Part shown: positions 12,890 to 25,645 of the stretch, piece after piece
Layout of the letters: every line of letters starts with the position of its first letter
Numbering within the stretch: the first letter of the stretch is position 1
Assembly: GCF_006345805.1 (NCBI RefSeq)
Contig: NC_043006.1
Coordinates: 77,624,001 to 77,688,000 of the forward strand
Direction of reading: 5' to 3'
DNA from: Octopus sinensis
Taxonomy: Eukaryota
Length of the DNA stretch: 64,000 nucleotides
Notes under the pieces: generated by a model
Told to the model about the DNA's origin: nothing
The model's input: the letters and a program-made list of their open reading frames with translations, nothing else
The model's database searches: none
Position numbers and translations under genes: made by a program

Positions 12890-13084
12890 CTACCAGTTGA
12901 TTGTCCGCATACCAGATCTACTAGGCATATGGAGTCATCATTAGAGAAAACACACCGTTTCCTAGCATTGCTCCCGACATCTTGACAGCATAAGTGATCT
13001 AGGAAGCCCCGTTTCATAGATCGACAAATTACTAGGTTTCGCACAATATTCACCGTCTCTTTTTAGCGAAAACCAGTGACTTAC

Positions 13085-13114
13085 CTCCTCCATTGTAGCT
13101 TGGACAGCACTCAT
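13085..13114 (-). CDS. Candidate first coding exon (MSAVQATMEE), unidentified gene
   Basis: ATG at 13114-13112 and a consensus donor GAG|GTAAGT at 13085/13084 (phase 0). Possible acceptor ..GTTGCTAAG| at 13140. Confidence 0.3.
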
Positions 13115-15462
13115 GATATTTACTTTACGATCAGTTAGGCTTAGCAACAACAACAATATATATACATATATGTGGTAGAGCGTGTCGTTAATGTATGTAT
13201 ATAAATACATTTAATTTGAAAGTACTTGGTGCCTTGTAGATCTGTCAAATTATTAGAGCCCTTTGCGCTTTTCTCAAGTTGTTAATTAATCTTCATACAT
13301 AAGCATACTAAACACGCATATATATTCACATATTGAAAACTTCGCCTTATCACAATATCGGACATGTAAATGATGTTTTTCCTCATCGGATATGAGTTGT
13401 TATCTATTAATATATGTACAAAATCTATCGAATAAACACGCCTGATATGTCGTCAATGATCTGACGACCTACTAACATAAAAATCCACACTGTTTTACAG
13501 TGATTTGCAGGCTGTGTGTCTTTGCGCAGGGCTGTATTCAAGTATATCAAATTCATGTATATACATTTATTAATTCAGAATTTTCGAAAATAAATTGAAT
13601 AGATACAAGATACTTGCAATTTAATAAACATTGATATTTTTAATGTTATATAAATGAGCAAAAACAAGCTCATCGCTCAAACAATTTTCATAACATAAGC
13701 TAAACTTTATTTATCTCTGTGTCCATCTTTATATTTTACACTGCATGTGTAAATTAATATACACGTAAGCGAAAAATCATACATGCTGCCACTCTCACAC
13801 ATTCATATATATATATGCATACAAACATATGCAGACATATGTGTATATCATATGTGGATATGCCTGTATATAAAAAAGCATATATGTGTACTTGTGTATA
13901 TATCTATGTATGCATATATATATGTGTGTGTATATCTATCTATATTATGGATGTATGTATCTGTACGTGCATGTATATATATGTATGTATATGAGTGTGT
14001 ATAGCTATATATCTGTATGTATGTATGTATGTATTTAATTATGTATGTATGTATGTGTGTTTGTATACGTGTGTGTGGGTGGGTGTTTGGTTGTGTGTGT
14101 GCGTGTTTGCTGCTTTATTGTTCCATTTTAGATCTGGAGGGAGTTCAAGCCAGCCATTCAAGGCGACAAGACATTTTGATTTGTGAGCAGGGATGTATTC
14201 AGATGGAGAAACCTTGGAATGTCTTACAAATTTTCGCTGTGCCACTAATAGATTTGATTTGAAGAATCAGCATCAGATTCCTTTACTCCTTCTTCGAAAA
14301 GACCTAGTATTTCCAGTTTTTGTTTTGTTACGTAATGCGTCTATGACGATAGGTGCAAATGTGAATATATGGGCAGGGTACAAGTGCAGTAGGTTCGCAT
14401 AAATTTATCATAAATATTTTCCCTGCACTTTTGATTGTACATTCACTTCCATTGGGAAGCTGACAGCGCATGGCCTTTCTTTTCTGTCCCGCAAAGCAGG
14501 TTTATTATATTTGCACCGAACTGCTGATTTTATTGGTAAGTTCCATTAGTATTCCTGTTTTTTTTTTTAAGGATTTGTGTTCCTTATTTTAAAGGTGTTT
14601 GTGTATGTATGAATGCTTGCATGTATGTATGTCATTATTCAGTTTATATCAAGATTTCTTGCCAATAGAGAAAGAACCGATTTCTAACCAAGATCCAAGG
14701 CTCCTTCATTAGAATTTCAACTTCAATAGTGGGGTATTTTTGCTTGTATGTATGTTTGTATGCATTCTCATGCATATAGTTACATATGTAAGCATGTTCA
14801 CATATATTTAATTCATAAAATTCTGGCAAGATTTACAGATTATTACCGTTCCTGTGATGGATTGGATCTGTAGTTTTCGAATTAGATTTCTCTTATCTGG
14901 TTTTGAGAAGCCTAATTTCTTACGCTTGCTATTTAAGCAGTTACATATTCTAGGATCCCAATGATTACAAGTATAAACTTGAAATTGTAATCAATGTATG
15001 TATGTACTCGTGTTTTTTTATATATGTATCTGTTTCCATGTTTTGTTTTTATGTTTTCGTTTCTCGCTGTGTTCTACGTTTTTTGTAGTGTCCTGTACCC
15101 ATATATGCATGTATATATACATATAGATGTAGGTATGTACATATATGTATGTATGCATATGTTTTATTTATTAAATTGTTATTATATGATCGAACGACAC
15201 GTGTCCTCTTCCAAGTAAGTTTTATCTTATATATATATATATTCATCGTTTTGTTTTGCAAGCTTCTTTATGCGAGTTCGTGTGATGACGCATATTTTGT
15301 TGTGTCTGAGAAAAGTGATTCTTTTTTAGTACCTTAATATTTAACACACCGAGCAGCTCGGATATCGGTCAGAGACAACAACAATTGAAAAGGTTAAAAG
15401 GTGCAACGAAAATTGTAGGAAAAATAAATAAATGTGTGGAACACATCATTGTATATATGTAT

Positions 15463-15496
<34 letters not shown>

Positions 15497-15497
<1 letters not shown>

Positions 15498-15766
15498 ACG
15501 TGACCGACCAGACCATCAGATGTTGTTACACATCGCTGGTCACAATGCGTTCGCATTGTTTTAACCTTCGAATGACGCCACCCCACTGGCTAAGCGAGCA
15601 GGCCAACAGAAGAAAGAGTGGTGAAAGAGTACAGCAGGGATCACCACCCCCTGCCGGAGCCTCGTGGAGCTTTTAGGTGTTTTTCGCTCAATAAACACTC
15701 ACAACGCCCGGTCTAGGAAACGAAACCGCGAGTCAGCTGCCCTAACCACTAGGCCATTGTGCCTCC
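15497..15766 (-). mobile_element. SINE family C, near full length
   Basis: The reverse complement begins GGAGGCACAATGGCCTAGTGGTTAGGGCAGCTGACTCGCGGTTTCG (tRNA-like head). Homologous to 3299-3536. TA arrays flank both sides. Confidence 0.85.
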
Positions 15767-15809
<43 letters not shown>

Positions 15810-15897
15810 CATATATATATGTATAAAAACATATATATATATACATATATATATATACATATATATATATACATATATACATATATATATACATATA

Positions 15898-15946
<49 letters not shown>

Positions 15947-16189
15947 TATATATATAGGGTAGTGAATATTCCTAGAAATTTCATCACCAGTGGTCTAGCA
16001 TGTATAAAAATTAAATAGACAATATGTTCTTAATATGATATAGTGTACCAGAGAAAACTACCTTTAACAGGTAATTTTTACACGCTTGAAGAAGCAGTCA
16101 AAATGATCAAAACCACATTTAATAGAAATTTTCGAAGGGAATGAAAAATAAAATATTTACCTTGTTATTTTTGCGGAACCTACAGATAG

Positions 16190-16217
16190 ACAGGCAGACA
16201 ACCAGACCGACAGACAC

Positions 16218-16302
<85 letters not shown>

Positions 16303-16318
16303 TATTGATTGATTGATT

Positions 16319-16365
<47 letters not shown>

Positions 16366-16590
16366 TGATTTATATATATATATATATATTATATATATAT
16401 AGGTAAGTAGGTAAGTAGGTAGGTTGATAGGTAGGTAGGATGGTATGTATGTATGTATATATGTTGGTAGGTAGGTAGGTAGGTAGGTAGTTAGGTAGGT
16501 AGGTAGGTAGGTAGGTAGGTAGGTAGGTAGGTAGGTAGGTAGGTAGGTAGGTAGGTAGCTTCGTAGGTAGGTATTTAGGTAGGTAGGTAT
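16190..16590. repeat. Compound (CAGA)/(TAGA)n/(TTGA)/(TA)n/(TAGG)n tetranucleotide array
   Basis: Direct inspection. Confidence 0.95.
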
Positions 16591-16729
16591 GTGACTCACC
16601 TCGATCAAAATTGATTAAATGTGTACATCTGAAAGTTGATTTGGTGAAATACTAGTAATTGCCCATATTGTGAATTTCCCCTTCTTAGCCAGCTTCATGC
16701 GTTTCCTAAAAATCAAACGCGTTCTGAGA

Positions 16730-16886
16730 ACAAAAGAAACTAGTAAAACACGGAACGAAAGGGACTAATAAAATAATGAACTCAAGAGACTAGTAACACA
16801 CATTGTCTTTTGAAGAAGTAGACATCAGCTCCAGCCTCCTACATTCTGAAAATCGCAAATAATCAATCTGACAAAACAATACTGAG
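16730..16886 (+). other. Candidate non-coding 5' exon
   Basis: A-rich unique segment ending in a strong donor GAG|GTAAGC (16886/16887). The start boundary is a guess. Confidence 0.2.
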
Positions 16887-16985
16887 GTAAGCCAAAAATA
16901 TCTGTATGTATTCTCATTACCCATTAATTAATCACACGACGCTGATGCAATAATATGCAAAGCAGCGTGATTATTTCCTACTTAT

Positions 16986-17147
16986 TTTAGTGAGGAACAT
17001 ACGAAATATGAACATCAGTAAATTATTCAATAATGTGTGTGAACTGAAAGAGCGCTCTACTGAATTTAGCGAGGAACATACGAAATATGAACATCAGTAA
17101 ATTATCCAATAATGTATGTGAACTGAAAGGGCGCTCTACTGAATTTA
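16986..17147. repeat. 79-bp tandem duplication with few substitutions
   Basis: GAGGAACATACGAAATATGAACATCAGTAAATTAT starts at 16992 and at 17071. Confidence 0.9.
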
Positions 17148-17525
17148 TCATTAACATACATTTAGTCGTAACACGTAAAACAAAACGAAAATATATTTTA
17201 GAATATGTACAAATAGAAGAAAGCTTAGTAAATATGAATCTCAATAAATCTGATGTCTGGTTATTGGATCAGTGATTAGAAATATATCCCAACAAGTCGC
17301 AAAACGCTTCAGAGGTGTGAAAAATAATATACTGTTAAATAAAAGAGATATCACCACACAGTTGTTTCAGTGTTACATGACTGATTAAGTGGGTGTGATA
17401 TATTATCTTTCTATATTCGCTTTACATCGGACGTATAAGTTGGGTTACTCAAGATTAAGGGTTTTATATGGGTGGAAAAGCTATAAATTATGACTACTTC
17501 TTCAATAAATGATAAGTATTAACAA

Positions 17526-19186
17526 CACTGGTCAACAAAATTAAAAGTATTACACGCATTATCAATGCAAGCCAACTATTTTCGACTAATTTTTCATGCT
17601 GGTTTCAAACTGTTACTCCATCTGTATGCAGTACGTATCAGGTTTTCAGTAGATGCATGCAAATATGTACCTATTTGTATATATGAAATCATTAATGTAA
17701 TTATTAAGGCCATATTATTTTTGGAAACTAAATGAGTTTATGGATTTAAAAATCATCATTCTACAAGGCGTGAATATACATAGACACAGGAAACAACAGT
17801 GTTTTGTGAAACTTGACTGCAACCCCATTAACATACCAACGACTTTTAATTCTCCACATGTTTACCATCAGTATCTTTCATAGGCAATGGCATGAAGTAA
17901 AAGTCCCATATGCTCATACGATTCATAAAGATGAACGGAGTGTGCAATAAAAATGGAGGGCGTTAAATTACCATTATAGAGGAGTACAGATTTCAAACTT
18001 CGTTTTAAACAGTCAAGAAACAAACGCCGGGTTCCAGGATCATGATTTTCCGATGAACATTCGAAACGTCCATCGATGTTATTGCAAAAGCAAAGCGGAA
18101 CTTTAACAGACGACATTTGTAGAACCATATTTCTCTGCTGAAAATAAGTTATATGAACTCCGTACTCTAGCAGATACTTATGAACTCCGTACTCTAGCAG
18201 TACTTCTCCCTCAATCTTGATGCCAACAGTTCTGCTTTATCGTTTGAGAGGCATATGTCTCTGACAAGGTCATACAGATCAGCTTGGAAAAATGTCTGCA
18301 GTTCAAAGCTATTGTCATCAGCCACGTAATCTTACTCAGCAGCACTATCGCGACAGCCAGCATCACCATCCGGTGTTTCAATACCATCATCTGATGGAAC
18401 TAGAACTGCCAGAATTCTATTGTGAGGTACAGGTCTCATTGCAGAATCCAAATTGGGATACAAAGTTTTGCGTTTATTCATCATAGAAAACCCTGTGACA
18501 TTTACTTTGCAAAAATAGCAGTTATTAAAATGGTCTTTCGGTTCCATCTATTGGAATGGCAAAAGGCATGGGCTTCTTCTAATCGAACCAGTCTCATAAG
18601 CCATTGGAGCAAGCTGAGCAGATAAAATGCGGTGACCATAACTGGTCCTGATCTCCAAGCGGACATTCAAAGTATAGCTTATAAATCTTCTTGAATCTAT
18701 GTTTTTGAGCTTTCATAAATAAATTGTCCATAGACAACAAAACACGTCAGCACGATTTCTACACTGTCTTGACATTGTTAACACTGTAAAACAAGTAAGG
18801 AAATAGATACAAACGGTTATACTTATATTGATTTTGAGATGACGAAATCAGACCAATTATGACTGGACAAATTGAGATGTTGAAATAACAATTTCATCAG
18901 ACAAAACTTGATTGGTTAAATTAAGATGATGAAATATTACATCTGAACTATGTTGCAGTGAATAATGTAGTTTATTTTAAAGGTATGATTTCATGATGTA
19001 AATGAAATACATGTATACACCTCATTAATTGGAATTTCTAAATAATGAATGGGTAGAACCAATAAAAAAAACTTTCTAATCTTGAAAACTGTACGTGATG
19101 CAAAATTGAATATTTGAAATCAGTATTAAAAACTACACTAATTATTCCTTGCCATAAGCTTGATGAAAAATACTTATTGACCAGCG
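17526..19186 (-). mobile_element. Internally deleted Chapaev3-like (CMC superfamily) DNA transposon
   Basis: Minus-strand transposase fragments at ~17780-18720: LGDQDQLWSPHFICSACSNGL, EPKDHFNNCYFC...YPNLDSAMRPVPH, KRSLKSVLLYNGN...AHSVHLYESYEHM and GLQSSFTKHCCFLC. Putative termini CACTGGTCAACAA (17526) and TTATTGACCAGCG (19186), with flanks CAA and TAA. Confidence 0.75.
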
Positions 19187-19902
19187 TAATTTCTACTGAA
19201 TACGTCTTTTTCACAAGGCTGTGCTACACAACATATACTGATACGAATGTGATTAACAGAATAAAACAAAACCTTGAATACTTAGTGCTTTTATAATTGA
19301 CTGCATGAATGTATAGGTCTTTACGTACTCAGTAGTTGCAATCACGCGATTTCTTTCTTTTATAACACCCCCTTATAAACATTAACAGCATAACTCCAAA
19401 CTTTTAAAAGTGTAAAAAATATTATCTTAGTAGTTTGACATATCACCTCAATACAGATTTGTACATTTGTATGTCTCCTCAAACACAGAGATGCATACAT
19501 GTCGCTTAGGTAGATGATACCGCGTCATGTGCGCTAAAGCGTATGAATATTAATACGATGTTGTGTACATTCGTTCATCTTTAGTTAACATTTAATTCTA
19601 CCTTTCCGTCATCGAATGCACAGCAACACGCATATTGAATACACAGTGTTCCCCATCACCCTCTTCATAACTTTCTGACTCTTTTGTCCGTCAATTCACT
19701 TTTCTTTTGTCCGTCCATTATTCATTTCATGTAATAAACATTTCGGAAATCAAAACAAGTTTAATATCCTAAATTATAAGCGCTTACATATTTTTGTCAG
19801 TCGCATTGTGAGGTGAAATATGAAATTGTATAACATCTACAATAGTGTTACTGATTAGAAATTTAGAAAATACTTCAATGGATCCTTTTACAAAGTTATA
19901 AG

Positions 19903-19941
<39 letters not shown>

Positions 19942-21647
19942 TACATTACTGGCTTACTTTTATATTTTTTGGGTTGTGCCTGTCACGTTTATATGTTTTA
20001 TATATTGTGCCTGTCATGTTTCTGCCTCTATACTCACTAACTAATATACGATACAAAAAAGAACGTTGAGAAAATCTATCTCTATAGGGCCTCATTCTCA
20101 TAGAATGGGATTTTGAATATAGCTTTCTTCCTTAGCAATTTAATCATTGAAGAAACTCTCAGAACTATAGAAAGAAATTCACGCCCTACCGAATCTAATC
20201 TAAAATACAGAAACTAGTTTAGAAATTGCCAATATATTACAGTTCACTTTGGGAGATATTGCGTGGATTCTGTCAAAGCAGGTAGTCGAAATTGAAGTGC
20301 GGCAATCACCATTTGCCTTCAAGTCTTGACATTAAAATTCCGGAAATTGTTGGAAACTATCGCAACAAATATCGAAATAGTTGGATACATGCGCCTGACT
20401 TGACACTAGAAAAAATATATTACATTTTCTGTGACAAATGCAATATAATATTGAAATATTTATAGACAGTTTGGTTCCATACCTTCATCAACGTCTGGAT
20501 AGCGTTGGCGTCAGTTTACATAGGCCTCAATTTTCATGAAAGTGTCAAGCAAAATTTAATATAATTCAATTTAAAGAAAAAGGAAATAAATCAAAATGAA
20601 ATACAATTATAGTACAAAAACAGTCAAGAACATAATCGATAGTATAAAATGTATTTTTTCCCTGATGGCTTGAAAAGTTGGTAAATTGAAAATCTTTAAA
20701 TTATTCGAAAGATTAACCTTTTAAACAATACGTTATTTTCAATTTAATTTACTGCTAATTTTATTTTTATTTTTCGTCAGTTTAATTGAAATAATTACAT
20801 TTAAAACATAAAATGCAGAAAAGCAACTCCTTTCAGCATAAAATTACATTTTTGCACTCTATTGTTTTAATAGCGACCTTATTCCAATGATGTTATAAAA
20901 TTATTTTCTATTTCTCTCATTAATTCGACGAATGTAGTTTATGCAGCAAATATTACGGAATATATCCAAATATATCTAGTTCTATAAATGGGAAAATTAT
21001 TCAGTTTTGAAGTTAATCTATTTCGAGATGTCAAAAAATATGTAGAAATAATATAAGTCACTGATTTTTCAATTGATGATATAATGTTATATGTATGTTA
21101 TTGGAAATTGTCTTTTACTATAACCCCAGACTGTCCATTGCTTTGTGAGTGATTTTGACAGAAGAAAATCGCATTATACATGCATATATACATACATATA
21201 TGCACACACACACATATGTATATATATATTATATATATATATATTATATATATATATTATATATATATGTATATATACATATATAATATATATATATATA
21301 TGTGTGTGTGTGTGTATGTATGTATATATATGTGTGTGTATATGTATGTGTGTGTGTGTGTATAACGCAGTTTTTTCTGTGAAATTCACTATATTTAAGA
21401 GAGTAATCACATAAATGTGAAACAAGGTGTAAAAGTTAGTATTCAAATACCGAAGGTAGAATAATATGTTATATTAATAAAGCAGCAAAGACATCACAAA
21501 ATGTGTTGCTCAAAGTTTCACGTGCCGGTTCGTGGGACAAAGAGGAACTTGAAACTCTGAGTAAGAGTTTTTGTGATGTATTTGCAGCTTTGTTAATAAA
21601 GTTCAGATACATCCATATATGTGTGAGTATATGTGTGTGAGTATACG

Positions 21648-21685
<38 letters not shown>

Positions 21686-21693
21686 TATATATA

Positions 21694-21740
<47 letters not shown>

Positions 21741-22177
21741 ATGTGTGTGTGTGTGTGTTTGTGTAAATATATATATACATATATTATACCATTATTATTA
21801 TTTACAAGATTGTAAAACGCAGCACCGTTTAAGAAAGCCATTCGCACCGAAAGCATATAGAAAGTTTGTTTACAAAACAACTACCAACTAATATAGTTCG
21901 TAAAACTGACGGATGCAAGACGTCTAATTCGCTGGTACAATGGTAACACAGCTAGTCGCATTAAAAAAGGGATGTGAGTTCGCGTCCTGCCTGAATAGGA
22001 AATTATTCTCTTTTTTTTATTCGGTGGTGGGGTTATATGCCCTATCATTAGATAGTCATTGCACGGTGATCGCTATAAGGTTTAGGCTTATATAAATAAT
22101 ATCATCATTATTTACAGGATAGTAAAACCCTGCGCTATATAACAATACCATTCCCACCAAAAAATATATATCATATA

Positions 22178-22400
22178 TACAGGATGCGGTGAATAAAAAT
22201 AACACTGACATGTCATTTTAACAGATATATTTACCAAAATTACATTGAAATATCTTGAAATTCTAAAGAGTTAATGTATTCATTCAAATTCCCATTGGAT
22301 TCAACCACGGACTCCAGACGTCTTCGGAAACTCCTGCATTTCTTCAAGACGGTCTCCTTGTTTAAGTTGTTAGATGCTGCCTTATTCCTTAACAAATACG
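22178..22400 (-). mobile_element. 3' terminal fragment of a Tc1/mariner (DD37D/maT-like) transposon
   Basis: Minus strand encodes NLNKETVLKKCRSFRRRLESVVESNGNLNEY (transposase C-terminus). A TIR-like TACAGGATGCGGTGAATAAAAAT lies at ~22178. Confidence 0.6.
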
Positions 22401-22486
22401 CCATATGCCCACGGGTATATGGTGTAGTGCTTAAGAGCGGCGCGGGCTACTAACCCCATGATTCCGAGTTCGATTCCAGGCAGTAA

Positions 22487-22489
<3 letters not shown>

Positions 22490-22569
<80 letters not shown>

Positions 22570-22610
22570 GAACAACAACAACAACAACAATAACCACAAC
22601 AACAACATCA
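22490..22610. repeat. (AAT)n/(AAC)n microsatellite
   Basis: Direct inspection. Confidence 0.95.
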
Positions 22611-22864
22611 AAAAATATGTTAGGAATGAGAACCAAGGTCCGAAATTTCCCCAAGATGTCTGGTGAAGGCTGGAGGGAATATCAGCGGAAAAGTAAATGT
22701 AAATTATATACATAATTCCTCATCTCATAATTATAGAACTATATTAAACAATGTGCATGCGCGAAATTACGAAATTAAAAATATAGAACGGTGACATCGC
22801 ACCCTGTATACCAATGTGTACGGCAACAAAAACAAAATAAAAACAGGGAGCATGGTACACATTT

Positions 22865-23185
22865 ACAAATGTGTCTTTGGAATCAAATTGAGCTGGCATG
22901 TATGAAGTGAAATCCTAAAGGCAGGAACATTGAAGATAGACATAAGAGGTGTTGGCGGTCGGCAGTCAAGCCAAGTAAGAAAGATCATGGGTGGCCGGAC
23001 ATCGACCACGTGGAAGGAGGAGAGAGGAGTATGGTGCAGCGGGATTTAAGAATTAGAAAAAAATCAAAGGGAAAGGTACAGGGGAGATAAACGAGGGGGA
23101 AATAATGGGAGTTAAAGAGAGAGCCAAGAAATGTGAATGAGGGGGGTGCAGGAAAAGGAAAGAGGAAGGCGAGAACAAATTTCAA
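22865..23185. mobile_element. Second copy of the internal part of the 8903-9815 element
   Basis: CAAATTGAGCTGGCATGTATGAAGTGAAATCCTAAAGGCA and GGTGTTGGCGGTCGGCAGTCAAG are shared with 9232-9305. Confidence 0.75.
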
Positions 23186-23779
23186 CGGTCAGTGTTCATA
23201 TTCACTGAATATATTTCAAACCATCGTAATACTTCACAGCATACATAGGTGTTCTCATATTTACATGATATAATATATAAATATATAAATACATAAATGT
23301 ACTTGCAAGGTTGTATGTCTGTATTAAAATCTATGAGTATATTAAAATATGCACATGTTGAATGTAAAGCGGTAATCCAAATAGATGAAAAAGAGGTATA
23401 AAATGATTTTAAGAAGTATCTTCAGCAGGTGCAAATTCTGACGGACGTTTCGAGAAAATATATGTTGGTATGGGCGAGTTAATTCCAACCATAACAATTA
23501 TCTACATTTCTCTCATGAGAGAAAATCTAAGAGGATTTATAAAGAGTTATTGAAATATTAAGTTTTAAGCAACATGAGAAATTTAAGAATTTTAAAATTC
23601 GAATGCTCTGTCAAAAGAACGTACTGCTCTGGCGAGATATATAGAATATAATAAGTGCTAAATTTACATGTTTAAATATATTATGAAGCTATTGAGAAAA
23701 TAGTTTTAAGATGAATCCAAAGGATAAAAAGGTTGAAATCATATAAACCAATTATTTTTGGAAAAAGAAAATTTAAAAG

Positions 23780-24420
23780 TTCATAAATATTTATCTCTTC
23801 AAAAAATAATGACAACCGAGATGTTATTAAATAAAATTTTCTGTCAGCGCGAAGTATATTGATCGATTCTTTTGTGCATAATTTACAATTTCTGATGTGT
23901 GTATAGTATGGTGTGGTTTCCGGTATGATAAACCAATCTAGACGGAATTCTTTATTCTTTTCTACTCTAGACACAAGGCCAGAAATATTAGGGTAGGGTT
24001 TTTAGATCGATACCGGTACACAACTGGTGATTAATGTATCGACGCCGAAAGGACGAAAGGAAAGTCGGCCTCGGTGGAATTTGAACTCGGAACGTAAAAA
24101 AAATGCTAATGGTTCTGCCGGTTGAATTCTTTATTACGCGTTTTTAATTTACTAATGTGTGTAGTCAGTGCGGTTGAAATATTTGTTTCTTGATTAATAA
24201 ATTTATTTGTGTCCCCGCTATATCTAGACTTAAACCACTTATACTTTGCATGTTTACCTTTTTGATTCATTAAGGGTTGAAACCTCAAATTATACACATT
24301 TCTCCTTACACAAAATCCCTTTAAGGGCAATTATGTTCTATTTTCCTACTTCGCCGTTATATTTTTTAATATGACAACTCTTATTATTGATATTGAGGCT
24401 AGCTATATTGTCATCTCTAT
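23780..24420 (-). mobile_element. Penelope-like element fragment (GIY-YIG endonuclease region), interrupted by a SINE
   Basis: PLKGFC..VY...FKSRY...STALTTHISKLK.(RN)KEF + RLDWFII...PY....CKLC.KE...IL matches the PLE GIY-YIG C-terminal pattern (CPLxGxC, FKxRY, CxLCxxE). Confidence 0.75.
23957..24123 (-). mobile_element. SINE-B copy with a 12-bp target-site duplication
   Basis: GAATTCTTTATT at 23945-23956 and 24124-24135 flanks a family-B core (CGAAAGGACGAAAGGAAAGTCGGCCTCGGTGGAATTTGAACTC). Confidence 0.8.
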
Positions 24421-24435
24421 CGATAACATATATGG

Positions 24436-24499
<64 letters not shown>

Positions 24500-24743
24500 A
24501 TTGTTGTATCTGGGTATGTTCATTCTGTTCTATACCTTATTAATTAACATATTCACTGGTTCAATATCCGTTCACTTTTTTCCTACAATTTTGTTACTTG
24601 TTGCACCCTGATCAATAGTTGTTAACTCTGCCCATTATTGGAACTGACTTCTTTTAGCCTGTTTCTTTGTGCGCATGTGTGTGCCTCAGTGTCCATGAGT
24701 ATACTCATATGTATGATTGTATGTATGAGGGGTATGTGCAGCC

Positions 24744-24782
<39 letters not shown>

Positions 24783-25159
24783 CCTGTGTGTTTGTATATA
24801 AGTATTCTGCATATTCATGTGTTTGTGTGTGCATATTTGTGTGTTTGGGTGAGTGTGTGTGTACCTCTGCCTCCTTGTACGTGCTTGTTTGAGTGTGTCT
24901 ATATGTATGGCTTTGTGTGACTATGTATATGCGTCGGATTATGTATGGATGTGTGTCACCATATGTGTCCTTGTCTGTGGAGTGTGCGTGTGTGTATATG
25001 ATCATGGGTTTGCTTCTCAATTTGTGTATGTGTGTGCTTTTTATCCATATTACCTGCCTGCCTATCTACTTATATATCTCTTTGCCTGTATATCCATTTA
25101 ACCCTCTCCTCCTCCCCTCCCTCTCTCTCTCTCTATCTCTCTCTCTCTGCCTTCTGAGT

Positions 25160-25410
25160 CTTGAGAATGTAAAAGCTTTGGGAAGATAACCTCCTGAGCC
25201 AATGCGGAAATCAAGGAATGGAGATTCACAGATGGACCATTAATTTTCAGATTTCCTTTTGACAACTCCAGGATAGAAGAGCCTTCCAACTCTGCAAGGC
25301 ATTTCACCTAAGAGAAGGGCACAACATTGTAAAACAGGAGTTGGACATTAATTGAGCCCCAAAGCTTCTTCAGAGAGTCCTTAATGGTAGGAAAGTCCGT
25401 AATGGTAAGA
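25160..25410 (+). mobile_element. Possible very decayed LINE (RTE-like) fragment
   Basis: A stop-interrupted frame KLWEDNLLSQ...LCKAFHLR...LLQRVLN weakly resembles the RTE ORF2 C-terminal region. Confidence 0.25.
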
Positions 25411-25473
25411 ATCTAAAATGTAAGAAAGTAAAATAAAATAATATAATAATAATAATAATAGTAAGAGGATGGG

Positions 25474-25645
25474 AAAATATCCATAGATTATGAAATTACA
25501 TCTTATGGTAAAGAAGTCACTTCCAGAAGTATATGCTATATCCCCCATTAAATTGAAATAAGATGTAATTCTCTTAACATGTGGAGAATATTTCTGGAAG
25601 TGATTATTTAGTATCAGATGTAATCTCATAAAATATGGATATTTT
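25474..25645. repeat. Imperfect inverted repeat (MITE-like or foldback)
   Basis: AAAATATCCATAGATTATGAAATTACATCT versus the reverse complement of AGATGTAATCTCATAAAATATGGATATTTT. An inner pair, TCACTTCCAGAA / TTCTGGAAGTGA, is also present. Confidence 0.6.

Noticed and set aside
16986-17147. Direct repeats considered as a CRISPR-like array
   Set aside because: Only two adjacent copies with no spacers, in a eukaryotic context; a simple tandem duplication.
20240-21560. Possible micro-exons FTLGDIAWILSKQ (~20240-20280) and SRAGSWDKEELETL (ending at the donor 21560)
   Set aside because: One splice site is weak in each case and there is no homology; indistinguishable from chance.
23415-23460. GAAACGTCCGTC...CTGAAGA on the minus strand (type-II order)
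   Set aside because: Helices I and II fail to pair.
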